Shown: positions 55,965 to 64,000 of the stretch, piece by piece
How the letters are laid out: each line of letters starts with the position of its first letter
Numbering within the stretch: position 1 is the first letter of the stretch
NCBI GenBank assembly: GCA_023663235.1
Contig: JAMPHW010000002.1
Span: 146,608 to 210,607 of the forward strand
Length of the DNA stretch: 64,000 bases
Origin: Ruminococcus sp.
GTDB taxonomy: Bacteria; Bacillota_I; Bacilli_A; RF39; UBA660
Direction of reading: 5' to 3'
Notes under the pieces: generated by a model
What the model saw: only the letters and a program-made list of their open reading frames with translations
Told to the model about the DNA's origin: nothing
The model's database searches: none
Position numbers and translations under genes: made by a program

Positions 55965-56927
55965 TTAAAATTCTACAAACTCTAAATCTTTTTTAATATG
56001 CCATGATAACCCACTTACATACGATTTATCTTTTAACACCTTCTTATAATCTTCTTCTTTTATCTTATTATTTATATATTTATAAGTCGCTTCAAATAGT
56101 TCAATACCTATTTTTAAAGCTTTATCATATAATTCAAAAAAAGATTCATTACTTTTGATATTATTATCCCAAGGATTATACCAAGTTTTATGTTCCAAAT
56201 TAAAAATTTTTTCATCAACTTTTGTTACATGCTGACTTAAATTCTCTAAAACTAAACTTTTATTAGGTGTTAGTTTATCAATCTGTCTAAATAATTTCTT
56301 TTTAAGTCCTAATTTATCTTCAAGTACATATTTATAACCATTATGAACTAGAAATAGACTTTTCTGATATTTTAAGCCGCCTTTTTCTATGTGAAAAACT
56401 TCTTTATAATTTCGGTTTAAAACCAGCATTAAACTATAATCGAATTTTATCTTCGGTATTAAATTATGAATTTTAAAATTCTTATATTTTTTATGTTCTC
56501 TATTTTCATACATATAAACATCTATTTGGGTCTCCATTTTATGATGTAACCCTGCATATTTTCTTGTTTCTGGCTTCCTTTTGTCATATTCACCAGATTT
56601 ATACATTACAAAAGGATGAAATACACTATCTAATACATAATGAGTTAAATGACCATATAAAGCTGCTAGTACTGATTCTTCTTTCTCTAAGTGTTCTTCT
56701 TTTATTATTTTTATATAGTTTAAGAAATATATATCTGTATAATTTTGATGACATAAATCACCCATTTTTTCATGAAATGGTAATCTTTCAGAAGTAAAAA
56801 AAGGATCAAAACCTATAGTAAATAATTCATAAATATCAAGTTTGTTTTTAAAACTATTAGTTATGTTTTTTCTAACACCTTTTAATATATCTTTAGCAAA
56901 ATAATTATGCGTTACTGACGTTGGCAT
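55965..56927 (-). CDS. Zinc-dependent phospholipase C-like family protein
   Basis: N-terminal MPTSVTHNYFAKDI and later HLTHYVLDSVFHPFV His-rich motifs resemble the PLC/P1-nuclease-like zinc hydrolase fold. Assignment tentative. Confidence 0.5.
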   Translation of the reverse strand: MPTSVTHNYFAKDILKGVRKNITNSFKNKLDIYELFTIGFDPFFTSERLPFHEKMGDLCHQNYTDIYFLNYIKIIKEEHLEKEESVLAALYGHLTHYVLDSVFHPFVMYKSGEYDKRKPETRKYAGLHHKMETQIDVYMYENREHKKYKNFKIHNLIPKIKFDYSLMLVLNRNYKEVFHIEKGGLKYQKSLFLVHNGYKYVLEDKLGLKKKLFRQIDKLTPNKSLVLENLSQHVTKVDEKIFNLEHKTWYNPWDNNIKSNESFFELYDKALKIGIELFEATYKYINNKIKEEDYKKVLKDKSYVSGLSWHIKKDLEFVEF

Positions 56928-57086
56928 AAACTTCTCTCTTTCTATTCCACTATTTTAAATAAGCAATAAACATTATACTATAATTTAAATATTTTTCTAC
57001 TATTTTTTAGTTTTTAATAAAAAAAGTCTCAACTTTATTAAAATATGAATTTTAAAAAACCCTTATTAAAGGGTTTAAGTCAATTA

Positions 57087-57163
57087 TGGTGTCCGCGATG
57101 CGATTCGAACGCACGACCTATCGCTTAGGAGGCGATTGCTCTATCCAGCTGAGCTACGCAGAC
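57087..57163 (-). tRNA. tRNA-Arg (anticodon CCT), CCA encoded
   Basis: GTCTGCGTAGCTCAGCTGGATAGAGCAATCGCCTCCTAAGCGATAGGTCGTGCGTTCGAATCGCATCGCGGACACCA. 7-bp acceptor stem, D loop AGCTGGATA, anticodon loop CT-CCT-AA, T loop TTCGAAT. Confidence 0.93.
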
Positions 57164-57228
57164 ATATTTTTATTTTACTACAAATTAAAAAATAAATCTA
57201 TATTAACAATAAATAAAACACATTATTT

Positions 57229-58089
57229 CTAATGTGTTTTAACTCTTACTCTTATTAATGGTTGATAATCATTTGTTACTCTATTTTTATAGAATAATCT
57301 ATTAGTTCTTATTTCTACTAATAGCTCTTTTATTCTTAAAGTTTTATTAGATGATTTTTCTACTTGCTTTAATATTCTGTCCCCTAAATCCATATCACCT
57401 TTAGCATAGCTTTCTTTAGCAATAAAAAGCATTATTAATATTTTATCTTCTGCGCTTACATTAAGAGCAGAACAAGCTTCATCAATCGTCATATTATGTA
57501 AATTAATTAACATGGCAACATCTTTAATTTTTTCTACACCATAGTAATTATCTAAATCATATTGAAAATCAGATTCACTCATATTAATATTATTTTTCAT
57601 CTCTTCAGGATTTTCTTCTTTCCTCTTTAAAAGATTATTAATTAAATCAGTAAAATCATATTTACCTTTTTTTCTTTTTTTACTAAGCTCAGTTGCGATA
57701 GTAAGATAATCTATAGCTTTATAAAGATTACCTAAATAAAGATAAGAAAGTCCAATTCTCGCATATAAATGAGGCTTTACTTGACCTATATTTAAAAAGG
57801 CTGAATAATATTCTATAGCTTTCTCATATTTATGAGTATAAAAAGCTCTATCTCCTTCTTTTTTACATTCTCTATAGTTAAAATTAGGAATAAAAGTTTT
57901 ATATTGCATAACTATTCTTCTATTTTCATCCTCACCAATATAAAAGAACTTGGTGTCTTTAAAATTCCTTCCAGCTTCCCTTAAATCGGGTATTCTAGCT
58001 GTATGCTTAGCTTTTAATATTAAAATATTACCATTAGCTATTAATTCTTCATGTTTTCTAGTTAAAAATTCAATATCTAAATTATCCAA
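57229..58089 (-). CDS. Hypothetical protein with TPR-like helical repeats (286 aa)
   Basis: GDRAFYTHKYEKAIEYYSAFLNIG...ARIGLSYLYLGNLYKAIDYLTIA resembles TPR units. Confidence 0.5.
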   Translation of the reverse strand: MDNLDIEFLTRKHEELIANGNILILKAKHTARIPDLREAGRNFKDTKFFYIGEDENRRIVMQYKTFIPNFNYRECKKEGDRAFYTHKYEKAIEYYSAFLNIGQVKPHLYARIGLSYLYLGNLYKAIDYLTIATELSKKRKKGKYDFTDLINNLLKRKEENPEEMKNNINMSESDFQYDLDNYYGVEKIKDVAMLINLHNMTIDEACSALNVSAEDKILIMLFIAKESYAKGDMDLGDRILKQVEKSSNKTLRIKELLVEIRTNRLFYKNRVTNDYQPLIRVRVKTH

Positions 58090-58114
58090 TCAAAATCCCT
58101 CTTTCTATATATAT

Positions 58115-58459
58115 TTAAGAAACTATCTTATGTTGATTAGGGTTCCATGCAGGTGTACAAGTTAAAGATAATACACAATAATCTGTTTCATAATAATATT
58201 TATCATTCGGATTTATTAATATTGCATCTCCAACTTGAAATTCTATTTTTTCATTTTCAAAATGTAATACACCTTCACCTTCAAGTACATAAACTAATTC
58301 TTTACTAACTAAATTTAGAGCATAACCTTTATCAGGAAAACGTCCTTTAATAGTCGCAATTCCTAAATCAATATCACTATCACTAAAAGAATATTCTAAT
58401 GTTTTACAAACTTCACTATTTTGGCCTTTTAAAGCTTCATTTTTATTTATATATTTCAT
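58115..58459 (-). CDS. Cupin-fold protein (114 aa)
   Basis: Size and LVYVLEGEGVLHFENEKIEFQVGDAILINPNDKYYYE fit the cupin beta-barrel pattern. Confidence 0.55.
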   Translation of the reverse strand: MKYINKNEALKGQNSEVCKTLEYSFSDSDIDLGIATIKGRFPDKGYALNLVSKELVYVLEGEGVLHFENEKIEFQVGDAILINPNDKYYYETDYCVLSLTCTPAWNPNQHKIVS

Positions 58460-58468
58460 TATAACTCC

Positions 58469-60994
58469 TTATAAATTATTAATTAAACTATTTAACTTAT
58501 TTTCTTCTAAAGCTAATTTTTCTTTTTCTTGTTCTACCAAATTAGCAGGTGCTCGAGATACAAAGTTTTCATTACTAAGTAGTGTTTTTCGCTTATTAAT
58601 AGATGCCTTTAAATCGTTTATTTCACGCTCTAAAGCTAACTTATCTTCTTCAGTGATAACTTTTTCATAATATATAGTTAAATCATAATCTTTATAATTA
58701 ATATTATAAGCTTTAATACTTAATTCATCATTTGTCGTTTCATTTATTTTTAAGATTTTAGCCACTAAACTATAGTCTTTAGCATTATTATATTTTATAA
58801 TAACACTCTTATCCATATGGTTTTCTTGATATGTTTTACGATATAATTTAACGAATTCTATCATATTGCTAATCTCTTCCATATCACTTAAATAAACTTC
58901 TTTTTTATTATATTTAGGATAATCACTTATCATAATACTATCCTCTACATTAGGTAACATACTATATATTTCATCAGTTACATAAGGCATAAAAGGATGT
59001 AACATTTTTAAAATGCCACTTAAAACTTTTTTTAGAACACTCTTAGTTGATATAGCATCAATATTAAATTTAGCAAATTCAATATAATTATCACAAAAAT
59101 CATTATAAATAAAATTATATATTTCACTGCCAGCATTATTAAGTTCAAATCTATCCATATATTTAGTAACACTTTTAATAGTATTATTATATTTACTTAA
59201 TATCCATTTGTCTACTTCTTGTAAATTATCAAAGACATCACTCTTTAAATCCTCAATATTCATTAAAACAAAACGAGAAGCATTCCATAGCTTATTTATA
59301 AAATTCCAAGTTGATTTTAAGTTTTCTTCATCAAATTTTAAATCCATGCCATTAGAAACTGCTGTAGTTAAATAATATCTTAAAGCATCAGCCCCATATT
59401 TTTCAATCATATCCATAGGATCAATTCCATTACCTAGACTCTTAGACATTTTTCTTCCCTCTTTATCACGAATTAAACCGTGAATTAAACAATACTCAAA
59501 AGGTCTCTTATCTAAGAATTCTAAACCTTGGAAAGTCATTCTATTAACCCAAAAAGGTATAATATCATAGCCAGTTACTAAAACATTATTAGGATAATAC
59601 ATTTTTAAATCTTCGGTATTATCAGGCCAGCCTAAAGTCGAAAATGGCCATAAAGCACTTGAAAACCATGTATCTAATACATCTTCATCTTGAACCCAAC
59701 CATCTTCAATAGGTGCTTCCATACCAACATAAACTTCACCGTTTTTATACCAAGCAGGAATTCTATGTCCCCACCAAAGCTGTCTTGATATACACCAATC
59801 ATAAGTTATTTCCATCCAATGATTCATAATTTTTTCAAATCTTTTAGGAACAAAATTAACTTTATTATTCTTATCTTGTTGATTAGAGAGCACTCTATCA
59901 GCTAAAGGTCTCATTTTAACAAACCATTGTTTAGATATAATTGGTTCAACTAAAACTCCACTTCTTTCACTAAAAGGAGCATTATGAGTAATATTTTCAA
60001 TTTCTAAAAGTAAATCTTGCTCTTTTAAATCAGTTATTAATTTTTCACGAGCAATAAAACGGTCTAATCCTTTATAATCCCCTGCATTCTCATTCATTGT
60101 ACCATCAAGATTTATACATTGTATTGATTCTAAATTATGTCTTAAACCTACTTCATAATCATTAGGATCATGAAAAGGTGTAATTTTAACACAACCAGTT
60201 CCTTTTTCCATATCAGCGTGTTCATCAGCGATGATCGGGATTAAACGATTAACAATAGGTAGTATTACATTTTTACCAATATATTTTTGATAGCGCTCAT
60301 CATTCGGATTAACAGCAACTGCGGTATCACCAAAAAGCGTTTCTGGTCTTGTTGTTGCAACATCTAAATATTCTTCAGTTCCTTCTATTTTATATTTTAA
60401 ATGATAAAAAGCTCCTGGAATATCTTTATAAATAACTTCTTCATTTGATAAAGCTGTCATTGCTGCTGGATCCCAATTAATTATTCTTTCTCCTTGATAA
60501 ATAAGACCTTTATTATATAAATCAACAAAGACTTTACGAACTGCCTTAGATAAACCATCATCCAAAGTAAAACGTTCTTTAGAATATGCAAGAGATAAGC
60601 CCATTTTAGCCCATTGTTCATGAATATTATTTGCATATTCATCTTTCCAGTTCCAAGCATGTTTTAACCATTCTTCTCTCGTTAATTCTCTAGGATTAAT
60701 TCCTTGTTCTTTTAGTCTTTTATCAACTTTAGCTTGAGTTGCAATACCTGCATGATCCATACCTGGAAGCCATAAAGTCTTAAAGCCTTGCATTCTTTTA
60801 TATCTAATAATAGCATCTTGTATAGATGTATCCCACGCATGACCTATGTGAAGCTTTCCTGTAACATTAGGTGGCGGTATCACTATACAAAATGGTTCTA
60901 TCGCATCTTTACTAGGTTCGAAATAACCTAAATCTTTCCAAGTATCATATTTGTTTTTTTCAACATCTAAATGATTATACTTTTTTTCTAACAT
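58469..60994 (-). CDS. valS: Valine--tRNA ligase
   Basis: HIGH motif ([14 protein letters not shown]), KMSKS ([10 protein letters not shown]), C-terminal coiled coil. True start is ATG 60994 behind a GGAGGA RBS. The track's extra 43 N-terminal codons lie in the T-box leader. Confidence 0.95.
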   Translation of the reverse strand: MLEKKYNHLDVEKNKYDTWKDLGYFEPSKDAIEPFCIVIPPPNVTGKLHIGHAWDTSIQDAIIRYKRMQGFKTLWLPGMDHAGIATQAKVDKRLKEQGINPRELTREEWLKHAWNWKDEYANNIHEQWAKMGLSLAYSKERFTLDDGLSKAVRKVFVDLYNKGLIYQGERIINWDPAAMTALSNEEVIYKDIPGAFYHLKYKIEGTEEYLDVATTRPETLFGDTAVAVNPNDERYQKYIGKNVILPIVNRLIPIIADEHADMEKGTGCVKITPFHDPNDYEVGLRHNLESIQCINLDGTMNENAGDYKGLDRFIAREKLITDLKEQDLLLEIENITHNAPFSERSGVLVEPIISKQWFVKMRPLADRVLSNQQDKNNKVNFVPKRFEKIMNHWMEITYDWCISRQLWWGHRIPAWYKNGEVYVGMEAPIEDGWVQDEDVLDTWFSSALWPFSTLGWPDNTEDLKMYYPNNVLVTGYDIIPFWVNRMTFQGLEFLDKRPFEYCLIHGLIRDKEGRKMSKSLGNGIDPMDMIEKYGADALRYYLTTAVSNGMDLKFDEENLKSTWNFINKLWNASRFVLMNIEDLKSDVFDNLQEVDKWILSKYNNTIKSVTKYMDRFELNNAGSEIYNFIYNDFCDNYIEFAKFNIDAISTKSVLKKVLSGILKMLHPFMPYVTDEIYSMLPNVEDSIMISDYPKYNKKEVYLSDMEEISNMIEFVKLYRKTYQENHMDKSVIIKYNNAKDYSLVAKILKINETTNDELSIKAYNINYKDYDLTIYYEKVITEEDKLALEREINDLKASINKRKTLLSNENFVSRAPANLVEQEKEKLALEENKLNSLINNL

Positions 60995-61009
60995 AATAAT
61001 TCCTCCTAA

Positions 61010-61203
61010 TATAAAAAAGGTAATACCAAAGGGCGAAAATCCGCGGTACCACCTTTTATTTAACTTAAATTTATAACGCAAAATATTTTGCGGGGAAAAA
61101 CCCAACTCCCAAGCAACCTTCAATTTTTCTCTTTACTCAATTTCCAACATCATGAGCTTTCTATTAAAGTTCCAAATTTACTCCTCTTGTTCTTCGTTTT
61201 TAT
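61010..61203 (-). promoter_or_regulatory. T-box leader (tRNA-Val-responsive riboswitch) of valS
   Basis: Conserved T-box sequence AAAAGGTGGTACCGCGG (plus-strand 61041-61057). Terminator helix GGTGGTACC...GGTATTACC followed by TTTTTT just before the RBS. Upstream stem I-like AGAGGAG/AGAAAG elements. Candidate specifier GUA followed by A (GAGTAAAG, tac at 61134-61136). Confidence 0.8.
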
Positions 61204-61209
61204 GAATTA

Positions 61210-61238
61210 ATTTTAACAAATAATATAATTTTTCGCAA
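61210..61238 (-). promoter_or_regulatory. Candidate promoter of the valS T-box leader
   Basis: Minus strand: TTGCGA-17 nt-TAAAAT, immediately after the upstream gene's stop. Confidence 0.5.
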
Positions 61239-61241
61239 GTA

Positions 61242-63383
61242 TTAATTGTTATTTACTTCTAATTCACTACCATAATTATCAATTTTATAAGTCTTTTTAG
61301 CACTCTTAATTGTTACAATATAACCACTAGAATTCTTACTTACTTCATAATCATTCTTATAGTTATTTACATCAACACTTATTGGATTATATAGTTCAAA
61401 GCTTGGATCATCATACTTATGAATATTTAATCGATATGTTGCATCAATAACCACATAATAGTCATTTTCTAAAGTTATTGCTAAATATGCTGTATTATCA
61501 ATTTTCTCATCATCATAGTCACTTAAATAATATTTACCATCATGATAAACTGTTAAATATCTACTGTTATAGCCTGTTATTTTATAAGTACTTGTAGCTA
61601 CACTTGTTCCCGAATTATCTAACATAACATAGTTATTATTAGCATCTTTACCTGTAAAATAATCTCCAAGCTTAGAAAGTTCACTATAATTAAATGGAAT
61701 AGCACTCTTAACATCTTTAGAAAGTCTAATTACACCATATTTATTGCTTTTATTTTTAGCCATAATATATGTATTATCTGCTTCTTTTTGAGTTAATTTA
61801 GATTCTTTTGTGTACACCCCAGCATCCACTTCTGCATACTTACTTAATGTCTTATTAGACTTTAAATCATATAGAATAATCGTTGGATTATTTGAATCTA
61901 TTGAATCTTTTACAAAGACATATTGTTCATTAAAGACTGGTAATAATCCTAAATTTTCACTATTATCTTTTTCTATATCATTTTTACTAAAGAATGATTC
62001 AGTTGCAATCATACAATTAGTTAAAGAAGTAGTATCTTTAGTAACATTATTTTTGTTAGAACACATATATTTACCAATTAACTCTTTTTCTTCTTCATCT
62101 TTATAGAAATATAAAGCTCCATCAAAATAATTAAATCCTACTAAATTTTTACTCAAATTACCTTCATTAATACTAATAACTTGATTTCTCTCTAAATTCT
62201 TTTTCATATAATTAATACTTAAATTCTCACTTTCGAATTTAATATCAAAAGCTTTTTTAGTTGATAAGAGTTTTTTATCTTCATCATAAATATTGGTTGG
62301 AACATAAGACTCACTATCAAGCTCTATTCCTTCCTCATTAAATTTGTGATTTTCATAATCTTTAATATATAATTTATTATCATTTATAACCGCTACATAA
62401 TCATCTAATAATTGAATAAAATTATTTTCACCATCAATAACTATTTCGCCATTATAATCATATACATTGTAATTATCGCTTATAACCATATATTTATCAT
62501 TATAACTTTTAATCTCTAAATCTGATGCTTTACTCTCTACTTTACCATCTTTAGAATATATATAATATTTATTACCTGTTTTCGCAACTAATTTAGCATC
62601 TTTACTTATTTGTCCTAAATAATCAAAAGTAAAATCTACTTTATTAGAAATACCACTATCATTTATTGTTATTGCTCCATATTTGTTATGTTCATCTTTT
62701 ACTATAACATAATCAGAATTACTAAAGCCTTTTACTAAAGTATAGCTAGCTTCTACCTTTTCTTCTAAAATATTATAAAGAGTAATTATTCCATCATTTT
62801 GTTCTTTATTATCATAGATAAAAACATATTTAGAAGCATATATTGGTGTTCTTCTATCTAAATTTTCACCATCTTCATAAACATACTTTTCTTTATCAAA
62901 TTTATCTTCATTACTAAAAGTAGCTACATAACATAAATTCTCATTTTTATTTTCACATGTATAACTACCAAGTTCTTTCTCATCCTTATCTAAGAAAGTT
63001 AAAGTACCATTTTTATAAATATAATTATCTTTTTCAATAATTACTAAAGGTTTATCTTCTTCTACTGGTTCTTTATTATCTTTTTTTAAAACTATTACTA
63101 AAACTACAATAATAATTATTAATAATAAAGCTCCCCCTACTCCCATAATTATCTTTTGCTTTTTAGTTAAAGGTTTACGTGGTTTCTTTTCCTTTTTTTC
63201 TTTTTTCTTCTTAGATTTTGTTTCTTCTTCTGGTTTTTCTTCACTAATTATAGGAGTTATAGGAACTTTAGGTAAAGTTATAGTATTTTTATTTACCCCT
63301 TCCATTTCAATATTTTCAATAGGACTTGGAATATCATTAATATCAAATAAATCCATTGTTTTCTCTAAATCATCATACTTCAT
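61242..63383 (-). CDS. Membrane-anchored protein with a Lys-rich cytoplasmic N-terminus and a large extracytoplasmic beta-repeat region (possibly WG/KWG-like repeats)
   Basis: 713 aa. KKKKEKKEKKPRKPLTKKQK then TM (IIMGVGGALLLIIIIVVLVIVL). Recurrent ..NKYG(A/V)I.. units (HNKYGAITINDSG, SNKYGVIRLSKD). The repeat family call is weak. Confidence 0.55.
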   Translation of the reverse strand: MKYDDLEKTMDLFDINDIPSPIENIEMEGVNKNTITLPKVPITPIISEEKPEEETKSKKKKEKKEKKPRKPLTKKQKIIMGVGGALLLIIIIVVLVIVLKKDNKEPVEEDKPLVIIEKDNYIYKNGTLTFLDKDEKELGSYTCENKNENLCYVATFSNEDKFDKEKYVYEDGENLDRRTPIYASKYVFIYDNKEQNDGIITLYNILEEKVEASYTLVKGFSNSDYVIVKDEHNKYGAITINDSGISNKVDFTFDYLGQISKDAKLVAKTGNKYYIYSKDGKVESKASDLEIKSYNDKYMVISDNYNVYDYNGEIVIDGENNFIQLLDDYVAVINDNKLYIKDYENHKFNEEGIELDSESYVPTNIYDEDKKLLSTKKAFDIKFESENLSINYMKKNLERNQVISINEGNLSKNLVGFNYFDGALYFYKDEEEKELIGKYMCSNKNNVTKDTTSLTNCMIATESFFSKNDIEKDNSENLGLLPVFNEQYVFVKDSIDSNNPTIILYDLKSNKTLSKYAEVDAGVYTKESKLTQKEADNTYIMAKNKSNKYGVIRLSKDVKSAIPFNYSELSKLGDYFTGKDANNNYVMLDNSGTSVATSTYKITGYNSRYLTVYHDGKYYLSDYDDEKIDNTAYLAITLENDYYVVIDATYRLNIHKYDDPSFELYNPISVDVNNYKNDYEVSKNSSGYIVTIKSAKKTYKIDNYGSELEVNNN

Positions 63384-63496
63384 TAAAGACTCTCCTTTAT
63401 TATTAACAGTAGTATATCATAAATTTAAAGAAGTTTCTACCCGATTTATAATAAAAATGTTTCTTTATAGTAGCTATTTAATATATTATTTTTAAA

Positions 63497-64000
63497 TTAT
63501 GAAGTGACTACTTTATAGGGATTAAACTTAGTACCCTCACCTGTAAATTCTGTATCTGAACGAATATTAATTACAGGCCTTATACCATACGCGTTTGGCA
63601 CGCTGTTGCTCTGAAGAAAGCCAGAACCGTACACAATGAACACGTTAGCACCAACATCGTTATACCAAAATGGAGATATTGTCCAGTAGTGCTGGTCTGT
63701 ATCTAAGAAATTTCCAATCGATGATGCTCCGAATACCATTCCTGCGCATGCTACTTCGTCTGCTGTTATCATTCCGACTGGATTGGCTAACTTTTTATTA
63801 CCCTTGTTAGATTCTAAGTACGTATATAAATCTGAATTATTTGAACAACTTAATATTGGTGTTACTACAGCTGAACTAACCGTTGGATTGTTTCCTCCTG
63901 GTCTTAATCTTAGATGCGCACCATAATATGTTGTCACAGTTCCTATTCCGCCGCTACCATTTCCTATATTTAATCCATTTATTAATGTTGGAATATCTGT
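63497..64000 (-). CDS. C-terminal part of a second member of the 42725-44047 surface-protein family (5' end beyond the window)
   Basis: The frame is open from 64000 (TDIPTLINGLNIGNGSGGIGTVTTYYG...), so the GTG start in the track is an artefact. Shared blocks: GMITADEVACAG vs GLITGDEAIFAG, YWTISP, YGIRPVINIRSDTEFTGEGT..PYKV. Confidence 0.7.
   Translation of the reverse strand, partial: TDIPTLINGLNIGNGSGGIGTVTTYYGAHLRLRPGGNNPTVSSAVVTPILSCSNNSDLYTYLESNKGNKKLANPVGMITADEVACAGMVFGASSIGNFLDTDQHYWTISPFWYNDVGANVFIVYGSGFLQSNSVPNAYGIRPVINIRSDTEFTGEGTKFNPYKVVTS

Noticed and set aside
57087-57163. tRNA-Arg(CCT) as the attachment site of an integrated element.
   Set aside because: No integrase or recombinase, no duplicated tRNA 3' segment, and no phage or ICE genes were seen on either side within the window.
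60995-61123. 43-codon N-terminal extension of valS in the ORF track ([19 protein letters not shown]...).
   Set aside because: This stretch is the T-box leader: it contains the GGTGGTACCGCGG T-box sequence and the terminator helix. A GGAGGA RBS sits directly before ATG 60994, and the protein aligns with ValRS from MLEKKYNH onward.
61810-62106. 98-aa plus-strand ORF antisense to the 713-aa membrane-protein gene.
   Set aside because: Nested antisense ORF with no independent support.
1-64000. Search for CRISPR arrays, rRNA, IS elements and long non-coding tandem repeats.
   Set aside because: None found by eye. The only conspicuous DNA periodicities are coding repeats: LRR units at about 16.95-17.55 and 19.1-19.55 kb, and Ig-like repeats at 45.5-46.2 kb.

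Overview
This is a 64-kb piece of a very AT-rich Bacillota-type chromosome. Hand counts of sample lines give low-20s to about 30% G+C. It uses the standard genetic code: TGA, TAG and TAA each terminate conserved genes. I count about 60 protein genes, one tRNA and one T-box leader. All genes are on the minus strand except tmcAL, two dual-HTH regulators and a MerR-like regulator.

Core genes: tmcAL, rpoB-rpoC behind a ybxB-like methyltransferase, a reduced sufC-sufD'-sufS-sufU operon, frr, tsf, rpsB, ppa, valS with a Val T-box leader, and tRNA-Arg(CCT).

Accessory genes: a TetR/ABC-2 exporter operon, two SDRs, two flavodoxins, a helicase IV-like protein, a membrane GDPD, a Bro-N/DinD-like protein, a 1307-aa NPCBM/discoidin surface protein, and several lineage-specific membrane-anchored proteins. 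No integrase, transposase, CRISPR array or rRNA was seen.

Main findings:
1. Three back-to-back double-glycine-leader peptide genes (45, 45 and 50 aa) are missing from the ORF track. They lie downstream of a C39-peptidase ABC exporter and a 133-aa accessory protein, next to a divergent dual-HTH regulator. This looks like a multi-peptide class II bacteriocin-like system that I do not recognise.
2. Two tandem genes encode a BspA-type LRR domain fused to a long helical domain of unknown function. The second copy is split by a frameshift exactly at an in-frame T_TTT_TTA / T6 tract.
3. An aldo/keto reductase is broken by an inserted module, while its MerR regulator and both 19-nt-spacer promoters remain intact.
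4. The core genes carry unusual tails: a Rho_N/HeH-like tail on S2 and acidic tails on RpoB and RpoC.

All family names come from motif recognition by eye. No database search was run.
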